Shown: piece by piece, positions 48,939 to 58,251 of the stretch
Layout: each line of letters begins with the position of its first letter
Numbering within the stretch: position 1 is the stretch's first letter
Origin: Colwellia sp.
Lineage (GTDB): Bacteria; Pseudomonadota; Gammaproteobacteria; Enterobacterales; Alteromonadaceae
Direction: 5' to 3'
Length of the DNA stretch: 61,011 bases
Assembly: GCA_022969215.1 (NCBI GenBank)
Contig: JALJPA010000003.1
Coordinates: 1 to 61,011, forward strand
The notes under the pieces: model-generated
The model's input: the letters and a program-made list of their open reading frames with translations, nothing else
The model's database searches: none
What the model was told of the DNA's origin: nothing
Translations under genes and position numbers: made by a program

Positions 48939-51900
48939 ATGTTTAATAAAATGATTGATTGGTCGATCAATAATCGACTATTGGTAGTTATCGCACTGAT
49001 CGCCACAATGGCGGCAGCTATTATGGTGATCCCCAAGTTAAATTTAGATGCTTTTCCTGACGTAACCAATGTTCAGGTCGCTATAAATACCGAAGCACCT
49101 GGCTTAGCCGCTGAAGAAGTTGAGCAGCTAATTACTTATCCTATTGAAGCTGTGATGTATGCACTGCCTGATGTTGAGCAAGTACGTTCAATTTCAAAAA
49201 CAGGTTTGTCGGGCGTAACGGTAGTTTTTAAAGAAGGCACCGACATTTATTTTGCTCGACAACTGGTCTTTGAACGCTTGCAAGCGGCGAAAGAATTAAT
49301 TCCCCAAGGTGTAGGTACACCAGCCATGGGGCCTAATACCTCGGGCTTGGGTCAAATCTTTCAGTATTTGTTAATTGCTGACAAAGATTCTGGCTATGAC
49401 TCAATGACTTTAAGAAGTTTGAACGACTGGATAGTAAAATTATTAGTTATGCCGGTAGATGGTGTTACCGATGTCTTGTCTTTTGGCGGCAATGTTAGGC
49501 AGTATCAGGTAAACATTGAACCAAGTAAATTATTGTCATATCAGTTAACGCAAGACGATATTGTTAGAGCACTTGAGAATAATAATACCAATGTTGGTGG
49601 TTGGTATATGAACCGCGGGCAAGAGCAATTAGTGATTCGTGGTACGGGTTGGTTTAATAGTGGCGAAGCAGGTTTAGACGATATTAGACAAGTACCAGTG
49701 AAAACCGTTGCGGGTACTGTCGTTACTATTGATGATGTTGCGAAAGTTTCACTGGGCAGTGAGATTCGTCAAGGCGCGGTAACAATGACGCGCAGAGACG
49801 CAGAGGGCAATATTGAAAACTTAGGTGAAGTGGTCACCGGCATAGTGCTAAAACGTATGGGCGCAAATACTAAAGCGACCATTGACGGTATTAGTGCACG
49901 TATTCCTATGATCAACCAAGCATTACCTGAAGGTGTACGTTTTGAACCCTTCTATGACCAGGCTGATTTAATTACTAAAGCGGTTGATACCGTGGTTGAA
50001 GCACTCGCCTTAGCATTTATCTTCATTGCTATCGTGTTAGCGCTGTTTTTAATGAACCTACGCGCCACGTTTTTAGTACTGATTTCAATTCCTATTTCTA
50101 TCGCTATCGCGTTAATGGTGATGTCTTGGATAGGTTTATCCGCTAACTTAATGTCGTTAGGCGGTATTGCGGTTGCTATTGGTATGCTGGTTGATGGCTC
50201 GGTAGTGATGGTTGAAAACATGGTAAAACATCTTAATAGACCTGATGCAACGCATTACGAAAATGCTCAAGCAAGAAATCCAGATACGGATGCTGATCCA
50301 CATAATGCTGCAGATGATGAAGCAGGTATCCCTTTACGATTAAAAGAAGCGGGTAAAGAAGTCGCCCGTCCGGTATTTTTTGCCGCCTCAATTATTTTAG
50401 TGGTCTTTATGCCGCTGTTTAGTTTTGAAGGTGTTGAAGCTAAATTGTTCCAACCTATGGCTATCAGCATTATTTTAGCGGTTGTTTCGGCTATTTTAGT
50501 GGCATTACTTGTGGTACCAGCTTTAGCGACTTATATGTTTAAAAAAGGCATTAAAGAAAAAGAAAGCTTTGTCTTAAAACCACTAGACAAGCTTTATCGC
50601 AAAGGGCTTACAGCGGCAATGAAGCACACTAAAGTAGTTATTGCTGCGTCTGTTTTATTATTTGTTGCCGCAGCCGCTTTAGTACCACAAATTGGTACCG
50701 AGTTTGTACCTGAGCTCGAAGAAGGCACTATTAACCTAAGAGCGACTTTGGCGCCTTCATCAAGTTTGGAAACTGCCTTGTCAGTGGCCCCCATTCTTGA
50801 AGCAATGCTAATGGAATTCCCTGAAGTAGAGTACACCCTAAGCAGAATTGGTCGTGCTGAAATCGGCGGTGATCCAGAGCCGGTCAATAATATTGAAATA
50901 TACATTGGCTTAAAACCTGTCTCCGAGTGGACCAGCGCCAGTAATCGTATTGAGCTACAGGGTTTAATGGAAGAGAAACTTGAACAATTTCCTGGTTTAT
51001 TACTTAACTTTTCACAGCCAATTGCTACGCGTGTCGATGAGTTACTTTCTGGCGTTAAAGCGCAACTTGCGATTAAGCTGTTTGGCCCTGAGTTAGATAT
51101 TCTGGCGAGTAAAGGTCGAGAAATTGAAGCGGCAATCAAAAAAATTGACGGTGCTAGGGATGTTGCGCTAGAACAAATCGCGGGCGAAGCACAACTAGTG
51201 ATCAAACCGAATAGACAACAGCTATCACGATATGGCTTGTCGGTGGGTGATGTTATGGCCGTGGTTAAAGATGGCATTGGCGGCGTTAGTGCTGGCCAAA
51301 TAATTAATGGTAATGAAAGATACGATATTTATGTACGTTTTGAAGAAAAATATCGTGATAACCAAGCAGCTATTGCCGACTTAAGAATACAATCACCTAC
51401 CGGTGCTTGGGTGCGTTTAGGCGATATCGCTACCGTTAGTTTTGAATCTGGACCGCCACAAGTTCGCCGTGATGACGTGCAAAGACGTGTGGTTATTCAA
51501 GCCAATGTACAGGGTCGTGACATGGGCAGTGTAGTCGCTGATATTCGTGCCGCCATTGCCAGTAAAGTGGACTTGCCAGCAGGTTATTCTGTGGTTATTG
51601 GTGGTCAGTTTGAAAATCAACAACGCGCACAGCAACGACTTGCTGTGGTAGTGCCGTTATCACTGGCGTTAATTGCTTTACTACTTTACTTTGCCTTTGG
51701 CTCGGTTGGTCAAGCTATGCTGATATTAGTGAATGTACCATTGGCTATTATTGGTGGTATTTTCGCGCTCTATATTTCGGAGCAATATTTATCAGTACCG
51801 AGCTCGGTTGGTTTTATTACTTTATTTGGTGTTGCCGTGCTTAATGGTGTGGTGATGGTAGAAAGTATTAATCAACTGGTTAAAGACGGTATTGACACCT

Positions 51901-52139
51901 CAACAGCAGTTTTTGATGGCGCAGTATCACGTTTACGTCCGGTATTGATGACGGCTATAACTTCGGCACTAGGTCTAATACCTATGCTGATGTCAAATGG
52001 TGTTGGTGCTGAAATTCAACGACCACTTGCCAGTGTTATTGTTGGTGGCTTAGTAACAGCAACGTTATTAACGCTATTTGTTTTACCAGTATTGTATCCA
52101 TGGTTTTCTAAAACAAAAATTGTCCAACTAACGCGTTAA
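48939..52139 (+). CDS. CusA/CzcA family heavy-metal efflux RND permease
   Basis: LDAFPDVTNVQV, EEVEQLITYPIE, YFARQLVFERL, NLMSLGG.A.AIGMLVDGSVVMVEN, RLRPVLMTA, EIQRPLA. Confidence 0.94.
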   Translation: MFNKMIDWSINNRLLVVIALIATMAAAIMVIPKLNLDAFPDVTNVQVAINTEAPGLAAEEVEQLITYPIEAVMYALPDVEQVRSISKTGLSGVTVVFKEGTDIYFARQLVFERLQAAKELIPQGVGTPAMGPNTSGLGQIFQYLLIADKDSGYDSMTLRSLNDWIVKLLVMPVDGVTDVLSFGGNVRQYQVNIEPSKLLSYQLTQDDIVRALENNNTNVGGWYMNRGQEQLVIRGTGWFNSGEAGLDDIRQVPVKTVAGTVVTIDDVAKVSLGSEIRQGAVTMTRRDAEGNIENLGEVVTGIVLKRMGANTKATIDGISARIPMINQALPEGVRFEPFYDQADLITKAVDTVVEALALAFIFIAIVLALFLMNLRATFLVLISIPISIAIALMVMSWIGLSANLMSLGGIAVAIGMLVDGSVVMVENMVKHLNRPDATHYENAQARNPDTDADPHNAADDEAGIPLRLKEAGKEVARPVFFAASIILVVFMPLFSFEGVEAKLFQPMAISIILAVVSAILVALLVVPALATYMFKKGIKEKESFVLKPLDKLYRKGLTAAMKHTKVVIAASVLLFVAAAALVPQIGTEFVPELEEGTINLRATLAPSSSLETALSVAPILEAMLMEFPEVEYTLSRIGRAEIGGDPEPVNNIEIYIGLKPVSEWTSASNRIELQGLMEEKLEQFPGLLLNFSQPIATRVDELLSGVKAQLAIKLFGPELDILASKGREIEAAIKKIDGARDVALEQIAGEAQLVIKPNRQQLSRYGLSVGDVMAVVKDGIGGVSAGQIINGNERYDIYVRFEEKYRDNQAAIADLRIQSPTGAWVRLGDIATVSFESGPPQVRRDDVQRRVVIQANVQGRDMGSVVADIRAAIASKVDLPAGYSVVIGGQFENQQRAQQRLAVVVPLSLALIALLLYFAFGSVGQAMLILVNVPLAIIGGIFALYISEQYLSVPSSVGFITLFGVAVLNGVVMVESINQLVKDGIDTSTAVFDGAVSRLRPVLMTAITSALGLIPMLMSNGVGAEIQRPLASVIVGGLVTATLLTLFVLPVLYPWFSKTKIVQLTR

Positions 52140-52219
52140 TAAACTATTTGACTCTGCTAAGCCAAGAGGCAGAGTGCAGTTGGAATTCTAAACTTGTATT
52201 TTGCCATATCAAAGGGATA

Positions 52220-52258
52220 AAAATGCCTACTAAAATTTAGTAGGCATTTTGTTTTTTT
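52220..52258 (+). terminator. Intrinsic terminator of the efflux operon
   Basis: AAAATGCCTACTAA aat TTAGTAGGCATTTT followed by GTTTTTTT. Confidence 0.8.
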
Positions 52259-52475
52259 AAATAAAATTAATCATAAATATTTTTATTTAACTGGTGGATC
52301 TGTTGCTAGCTATTGTCCTTACTCGCTTATGTTTTTTTGTTCTTTAAAAGTGTAACTACTCTGTAAAAAAATTTTAAAAATGCGCTGGTAATCACGCCAA
52401 ATTCTGATAATCTCTTACCTCGTTATTTTCATCAGGTGCTTTTTTGTACAACTTGAAAGTAACTTGATAATAAAA

Positions 52476-52630
52476 TTATCCACATATTATAAAAATAAGA
52501 ACATTGTCTATTAGAAGTCTTTAGAACTTCGTTTTTTTACAATTAAATCAAAAGACTATATTTACCAAGCCAGATTTTATATTTGAAAATCCTTGGCTGT
52601 TTTTCGTACTTGATCACAAGGTTATCCACA
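52476..52630 (+). promoter_or_regulatory. Two perfect DnaA boxes upstream of polA
   Basis: TTATCCACA at 52476-52484 and 52622-52630; three GATC sites cluster around the second box. Confidence 0.7.
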
Positions 52631-52740
52631 AGAGGATCCATGATCCAAGCAATTAAGCACACTGATAAAGTGGAGCCTACTTGCGCTTTGTGGCATGCTT
52701 AGCCACCTTTAGCTTATTTTACTCGCTTCGCGTATTTCTT

Positions 52741-55527
52741 ATGACAACTTCTGCAACCTCACCTGATGCTAATAACACGCAATCACCCTTGATCTTAGTT
52801 GATGGCTCTTCGTATTTATTTCGAGCCTATCACGTGCCATATTTACAAGCACTTTCAACCGCAGATGGCCAACCAACAGGTGCCATCACTGGTGTATTGA
52901 ATATGCTGCGTAGTTTGAAAAAAGACTACCCAAATGGCAATATCATCGCTATTTTTGATGCAAAAGGTAAAACCTTTCGCAATGATATGTATCCAGAATA
53001 CAAAGCAAATCGTCCACCAATGCCGGATGATTTACGTACACAAATAGCGCCATTGCATGAGATTATTACTGCTATGGGTTTACCCTTATTAGTCATCCCT
53101 GGCGTAGAGGCCGATGACGTTATTGGTACTTTGGCAAAACAAGCCGATGAATTAGGTATCGAAACGGTCATTTCGACTGGTGATAAAGATATGGCGCAGT
53201 TAGTTACTAAACATGTGCGTTTAATTAATACCATGACTGATGTAGAAATGGATGTTGCCGGCGTTAGTGAAAAATTTGGTGTTCGCCCCGATCAAATCAT
53301 CGACTATCTTGCCTTAATGGGCGATAAAGTTGATAACATTCCTGGTGTAGTAAAGTGTGGTCCAAAAACTGCCGTTAAATGGTTAGCAGAGCATGGCACC
53401 ATGGCTGAAGTTATTGCTAATGCTGATAAAGTAAAAGGAAAAATAGGCGAGTACCTACGTGATGCGCTAGTGCAGCTACCTTTGTCATATAAATTAGCCA
53501 CTATTAAATGTGATGTTGAACTAGAGCAAACCGCAGGACAATTAGCTGCCGGTGAAGCAGATGTCGAAGCACTTACTAAGCTTTATCAAAAATTTGAATT
53601 AAAACGCTTATTAGCTGATTTAGCTAAAGGTGTCGATGAGGCAAGCACTAAATCAAGTAAATCGACAAGCTCAACAGGCGAGCAAGCTGCGGAAATCGAA
53701 GCGGTGACAGTTACAAAAAGTGAATACGATATTATTTTAGATAAGGCCTTATTTAGCCAGTGGCTGGAGAAGTTACAAGGCTGTGATGCCTTCGCTTTTG
53801 ATACTGAAACAACCAGTGTTGATTATATGAAAGCTGAGATAGTCGGCGTATCTTTTGCAGTTGAAGTAGGTAAAGCGGCTTATGTACCATTAACTCACGA
53901 TTATGAAGATGCTCCCGAACAGCTTGATAAAGACTGGGTATTAGCGCAGTTAAAACCGTTACTAGAAAGTAAAACCATTAAAAAAATTGGTCAAAACCTT
54001 AAATATGATGCCAATGTATTAAGTCATTATGATATCGCTTTGCAAGGTATCGAATTTGATACCATGATCGAGTCATATTGCTACAACAGTGTTGCTACTC
54101 GCCATAATATGGATGCACTAGCACTGAAATACCTTGATTATAAAACGGTAAAATTTGAAGATATTGCTGGTAAAGGTGCAAAGCAGCTTACTTTCAATCA
54201 AATTGAACTGGAAAAGGCCGGTCATTATGCCGCCGAAGATGCTGATATTACTTTGCGTTTACATAAAGCTATTTTCCCAGCGCTAGAAAAGTCAGCCTCA
54301 CAGCTCAGTGTTTTTAATGAAATTGAGATGCCTTTATTACCTGTACTGGCCCGTATGGAGCAAACAGGGGTATTGGTTGACAGTGATATTTTAGCCGATC
54401 AAAGCCAGACCCTAGGTCAGCGCTTAGCCGAGCTGGAAATTGAAGCACATAACTTAGCCGGTAAAAGCTTTAACTTGGCATCACCGAAGCAATTACAGCA
54501 AATTCTTTTTGAAGATCTAAAAATCCCGGTCATCAAAAAGACACCAAAAGGTGCACCATCTACTGCAGAAGATGTATTGCAAGAGCTAGCACTTGATTAC
54601 CCATTACCTAAAGTTATTTTAGAAAATAGAGGTTTAAGTAAATTAAAGTCGACTTATACCGACAAGTTACCGTTAATGGTTAGCGATAAAACAGGTCGTT
54701 TGCATACTTCATATCATCAGGCAGTTACGGCGACGGGGCGTTTATCTTCGACCGATCCAAACTTACAAAATATCCCAATTCGCAGTGAGCAAGGTCGTAA
54801 AATTCGCCAAGCGTTTATTGCCCCTAAAGATCATAAAATAGTGGCAATAGATTACTCTCAAATTGAATTACGCATCATGGCGCACTTGTCCGATGATAAA
54901 GGTTTAGTTACTGCTTTTAGCGAAGGTAAAGATATCCATAGAGCGACAGCAGCAGAAATTTTTGCTGTTGAGCTTGATGAAGTGACCATAGATCAACGTC
55001 GCAGTGCCAAAGCCATTAACTTTGGTTTGATTTACGGAATGTCAGCCTTTGGTTTATCCAAGCAATTAAATATAGGCCGTAAACAAGCACAAGAGTATCA
55101 AGATAAATACTTTCAACGTTATCCAGGTGTATTAACTTATATGGAAGATACTCGCATAAAAGCGAGTGAGCAGGGCTATGTTGAAACCTTGTATGGCCGC
55201 CGCTTATATTTACCGGACATTAATGCTAAAAATGGCATGCGCAAAAAAGCGGCCGAGCGTGCTGCAATCAATGCGCCTATGCAAGGTACGGCTGCGGATA
55301 TCATTAAAAAAGCTATGTTAGCGGTAGATTCATGGTTGTTAGAGCAAAACGATGAGCGTATTAAAATGACCATGCAGGTGCACGATGAATTGATTTTTGA
55401 AATTCATCAAGACATTGTCGAAGAAACTACGCAGAAGTTGGTTGAATTGATGAATGATGCAGTAGAGCTGAAGGTGCCATTAATTGCTGAAGCAGGCATA
55501 GGTGATAACTGGGATGAAGCTCACTAA
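52741..55527 (+). CDS. polA: DNA polymerase I
   Basis: 5'-3' exonuclease (LVDGSSYLFRAYH, GVEADDVIGTL), 3'-5' exonuclease (FAFDTETT, YAAEDAD), polymerase motifs (DYSQIELR, KAINFGLIYG, QVHDEL). Start moved to ATG 52741. Confidence 0.98.
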   Translation: MTTSATSPDANNTQSPLILVDGSSYLFRAYHVPYLQALSTADGQPTGAITGVLNMLRSLKKDYPNGNIIAIFDAKGKTFRNDMYPEYKANRPPMPDDLRTQIAPLHEIITAMGLPLLVIPGVEADDVIGTLAKQADELGIETVISTGDKDMAQLVTKHVRLINTMTDVEMDVAGVSEKFGVRPDQIIDYLALMGDKVDNIPGVVKCGPKTAVKWLAEHGTMAEVIANADKVKGKIGEYLRDALVQLPLSYKLATIKCDVELEQTAGQLAAGEADVEALTKLYQKFELKRLLADLAKGVDEASTKSSKSTSSTGEQAAEIEAVTVTKSEYDIILDKALFSQWLEKLQGCDAFAFDTETTSVDYMKAEIVGVSFAVEVGKAAYVPLTHDYEDAPEQLDKDWVLAQLKPLLESKTIKKIGQNLKYDANVLSHYDIALQGIEFDTMIESYCYNSVATRHNMDALALKYLDYKTVKFEDIAGKGAKQLTFNQIELEKAGHYAAEDADITLRLHKAIFPALEKSASQLSVFNEIEMPLLPVLARMEQTGVLVDSDILADQSQTLGQRLAELEIEAHNLAGKSFNLASPKQLQQILFEDLKIPVIKKTPKGAPSTAEDVLQELALDYPLPKVILENRGLSKLKSTYTDKLPLMVSDKTGRLHTSYHQAVTATGRLSSTDPNLQNIPIRSEQGRKIRQAFIAPKDHKIVAIDYSQIELRIMAHLSDDKGLVTAFSEGKDIHRATAAEIFAVELDEVTIDQRRSAKAINFGLIYGMSAFGLSKQLNIGRKQAQEYQDKYFQRYPGVLTYMEDTRIKASEQGYVETLYGRRLYLPDINAKNGMRKKAAERAAINAPMQGTAADIIKKAMLAVDSWLLEQNDERIKMTMQVHDELIFEIHQDIVEETTQKLVELMNDAVELKVPLIAEAGIGDNWDEAH

Positions 55528-55579
55528 GCTAAGTTAGCTGAGTAAGTTTTAAGCTAATAAACTATAACGTATCAAAAGT

Positions 55580-55621
55580 AAGGCAGTTATCTAATCAAAT
55601 GCATTAGATAACTGCCTTTTT
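55580..55621. terminator. Intrinsic terminator after polA (likely bidirectional)
   Basis: AAGGCAGTTATCTAAT caaatgc ATTAGATAACTGCCTT followed by a T tract; 16-bp perfect stem between convergent genes. Confidence 0.8.
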
Positions 55622-55642
55622 ATTGCGGGTATTAAAATCCGT

Positions 55643-56677
55643 TTAGAAATCTAAAGTACAACCACTACCCACCTTGATAAACCTATCGGTTTCACCACTT
55701 TGTTGAAACTCTAATAACGCTAAATTAACGTCATCGAGTAACTGAGACCATTGTTGATATTTATTGCTGATGGCAAAATATAAATGGTTGTATTTTAACG
55801 CAGGCTGTACTATTTCTAAGTTATTGAGCAGTGCTTGTTTATTGCGATTTGATAAGTTGGAGTAATTGACACTATAGGTAAACACTTTAGGATCACCAAT
55901 GATTAAGTCGACTCTTTTAGCGACAAGTAGCTTTACTAATTGTAATTCATCTACCGCTTCAATAACGGCAAATTGTTTTGAATCCATCATGGCATCAAAC
56001 TCAGGGGTATTTTGATAGCCGCGAACAACACCAATTATCTTACCTTTTAAATTCCTCAAATTTTCTTGTAAATCAAACGGGTAACCTAGCCTTTTCAATA
56101 AAGATAACTCACCGCCAGAAAACTTATTTGACAGCACTAGTAGTTCACTGCGTTTTTTACCTGGCACAGCATCTGATGGTGCGGAACTTTCAATAAAATA
56201 CTCTGGGAAGAGTATGTCCATTTTACCCTGCTCCACTAACATCACAGATCTTGCCCAAGGGTAAAAGTGGATATTTACTTGGTAACCTTTACTGACGAGT
56301 ACTGCGACGGCAAATTGGAAAACCCAACCTTTATTGCAGAGCTCTTCACTAATATAAGGCGGCCAATTTAAGCTGGCTAGGTTAATGACTTTATTGGATC
56401 TTTCGTTAAAGCGATAACCTTGAGCTGTTTGTTTTCCTTGAATGGTATGTTGTTGGCCTTCGCTGAAATAAGTAACCGTTAACTGTTCGTTTTGACTATC
56501 GCTTAGAGCTTTAGCTTGTACAATTTGGCTTAAGCCTAAACTCAAACTAATGATGAAGATAAGGGGGAAAGTAATGCTTTGAATTGCAGGTAAAAGTGAA
56601 GCTAACGGACCTGTATGTACATTAGCTTTTATCGAGGAGAATTTTTGCTCTAGTGTCGCGGAGAAATAGAATAACAT
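55643..56677 (-). CDS. Periplasmic substrate-binding-domain protein (family 3-like), orphan
   Basis: NWPPY, FYPWARS...V..GKMD, L..LKGK.IGVVRGY, LVKLL...RVDL, LY.AISN. True start uncertain. Confidence 0.78.
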   Translation of the reverse strand: MLFYFSATLEQKFSSIKANVHTGPLASLLPAIQSITFPLIFIISLSLGLSQIVQAKALSDSQNEQLTVTYFSEGQQHTIQGKQTAQGYRFNERSNKVINLASLNWPPYISEELCNKGWVFQFAVAVLVSKGYQVNIHFYPWARSVMLVEQGKMDILFPEYFIESSAPSDAVPGKKRSELLVLSNKFSGGELSLLKRLGYPFDLQENLRNLKGKIIGVVRGYQNTPEFDAMMDSKQFAVIEAVDELQLVKLLVAKRVDLIIGDPKVFTYSVNYSNLSNRNKQALLNNLEIVQPALKYNHLYFAISNKYQQWSQLLDDVNLALLEFQQSGETDRFIKVGSGCTLDF

Positions 56678-56795
56678 CAGCTAAAATCCCATTACTTAGG
56701 TGTGCTACTTCTAACTGTAGCTGTTCATCACAATTATTTCATGGTGAATAATTGTTTGGTTAGTAGAACGGCAAAACACAGCCCCATTTTTATAT

Positions 56796-58172
56796 TTAAA
56801 TAAGAAACGCGTAACAAACCATAGCGACAATACTCGATACTATAACGCTCAAAATAAAGCCTTCTTTAACCATATCTTGAATTTCAATCTCACCTGTACC
56901 ATAGGCAATAGCATTAGGAGCTGTCGCAACAGGCAGCATGAACGCACAACTAGCGGCCATCGCTGCGGGTATCATAAGTATCTCAGGGTTTAGCCCCGAT
57001 GATATAGCTGCAACAGCTAATATAGGCATTAGTAAGGTAGCCGTAGCGGTATTACTGGTTATCTCAGTCAGGTAAGTAACCAGCAAACAAATGGTCAATA
57101 TCATCAACATTGGCGGTAGGCTAGATAATGATGTTAACCCCTCACCAAGAATGGTACTAAGACCCGAAGCAGCAAAACCTTTCGCTATGGCAATACCACC
57201 GGCGAACAACAACAGCATGCCCCATGGAATTGAATTAGCTGTTTTCCAATCAAGTAATCTGCCGCCTTTGCCATTGGGCACGACAAACATAATAACTACA
57301 GCTAGCAGAGCTACTGTGCTATCACCGGCAATCTTTATATCCAGCAATGAACTCCAGCCACCAAAGGGTTCGCCTCTAGTAATCCAAGCTAGAGCGGTTA
57401 AACCAAATACCCATAAGGTACGCTTTTCCTCTGGTCGCCATTTACCCAACTCGGGTAACGTTAGCTCATGTTCAAGTTTAACTTTACGTGTTAACCATAG
57501 GGCCATTATCGGTAAAGATATAAGCACCACAGGTACCCCGATTTTCATCCACGCAAGGAAGCCAAATTCTTTACCGGTGTTCTCTTCATAGATAGCGGCG
57601 AAGATTATATTAGGCGGAGTTCCAATCAATGTACCGAGTCCACCAACACTAGCTGCATAAGCGATACCTAATATCAGAGCAACCTTTAACCTTCTATTAT
57701 CTACATGGCTCAGTATTGCTAAAGCCATTGGTAACATGATTAAGGTAGTAGCAGTATTTGATATCCACATACTCAAGAAACCCGTTGCCAGCATAAAACC
57801 TAGCACTAATCTCCTACCGCTAGAAACACCGACAAGCCGAAGCATGTAAACAGCCAATCTTTCATGGGCGCCACTCTTCTCTAATGCTTTTGAAAGCATG
57901 AATGCACCCATCAACAAGAGAATAACGTGACTACCTAGCGATGAAGCCACTGTCTTATGGTCAAGTATTCCGAACATTGGCAGCAGCGCGAAAGGCACAA
58001 GCGATGTTGCCGGAATTGGGATAGCTTCAGTGATCCACCATATTACCGTTAGTAGCGTAATTGCTGCGGCTATGGCCGGTTTATCTGCTAAACCAAAGTA
58101 ACCTAGTAATAAATAAAAGCCAAAGGCAATAGCTGGCCCTAATGGGATAAAGTGCTGACGGGTTAATTTCAT
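56796..58172 (-). CDS. SLC13/DASS family Na+/dicarboxylate or sulfate symporter
   Basis: WITEAIPIPATSL, LSMWISNTAT, GTLIGTPPN, TEITSNTAT, AFMLPVATAPNAI. Start moved to ATG 58172. Confidence 0.92.
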   Translation of the reverse strand: MKLTRQHFIPLGPAIAFGFYLLLGYFGLADKPAIAAAITLLTVIWWITEAIPIPATSLVPFALLPMFGILDHKTVASSLGSHVILLLMGAFMLSKALEKSGAHERLAVYMLRLVGVSSGRRLVLGFMLATGFLSMWISNTATTLIMLPMALAILSHVDNRRLKVALILGIAYAASVGGLGTLIGTPPNIIFAAIYEENTGKEFGFLAWMKIGVPVVLISLPIMALWLTRKVKLEHELTLPELGKWRPEEKRTLWVFGLTALAWITRGEPFGGWSSLLDIKIAGDSTVALLAVVIMFVVPNGKGGRLLDWKTANSIPWGMLLLFAGGIAIAKGFAASGLSTILGEGLTSLSSLPPMLMILTICLLVTYLTEITSNTATATLLMPILAVAAISSGLNPEILMIPAAMAASCAFMLPVATAPNAIAYGTGEIEIQDMVKEGFILSVIVSSIVAMVCYAFLI

Positions 58173-58251
58173 AATGATTACAAACTCTATTATTAGTAGC
58201 ACTCAGTTAACGGTGCTTTTATTATTTGTTTATTTAAAAAGAAGTGTTTAC

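Noticed and set aside
50594-51277. 227-aa antisense ORF inside the RND permease gene
   Set aside because: Shadow of the sense-strand codon pattern; Ser/Ala-rich with no motif. The same applies to the other short nested or antisense ORFs in the track (e.g. 57091..57591, 48257..48652, 20601..20915, 35006..35320).
52260-52740. Possible replication origin (DnaA boxes, GATCs, AT-rich)
   Set aside because: Only two perfect boxes, no 13-mer array and no gidA/mioC/dnaA context; better explained as polA promoter regulation.
55528-55642. Spot 42 (spf) sRNA, often found downstream of polA in gammaproteobacteria
   Set aside because: The conserved GTAGGGTACAGAGGTAAG 5' sequence is absent; only a terminator hairpin is present.
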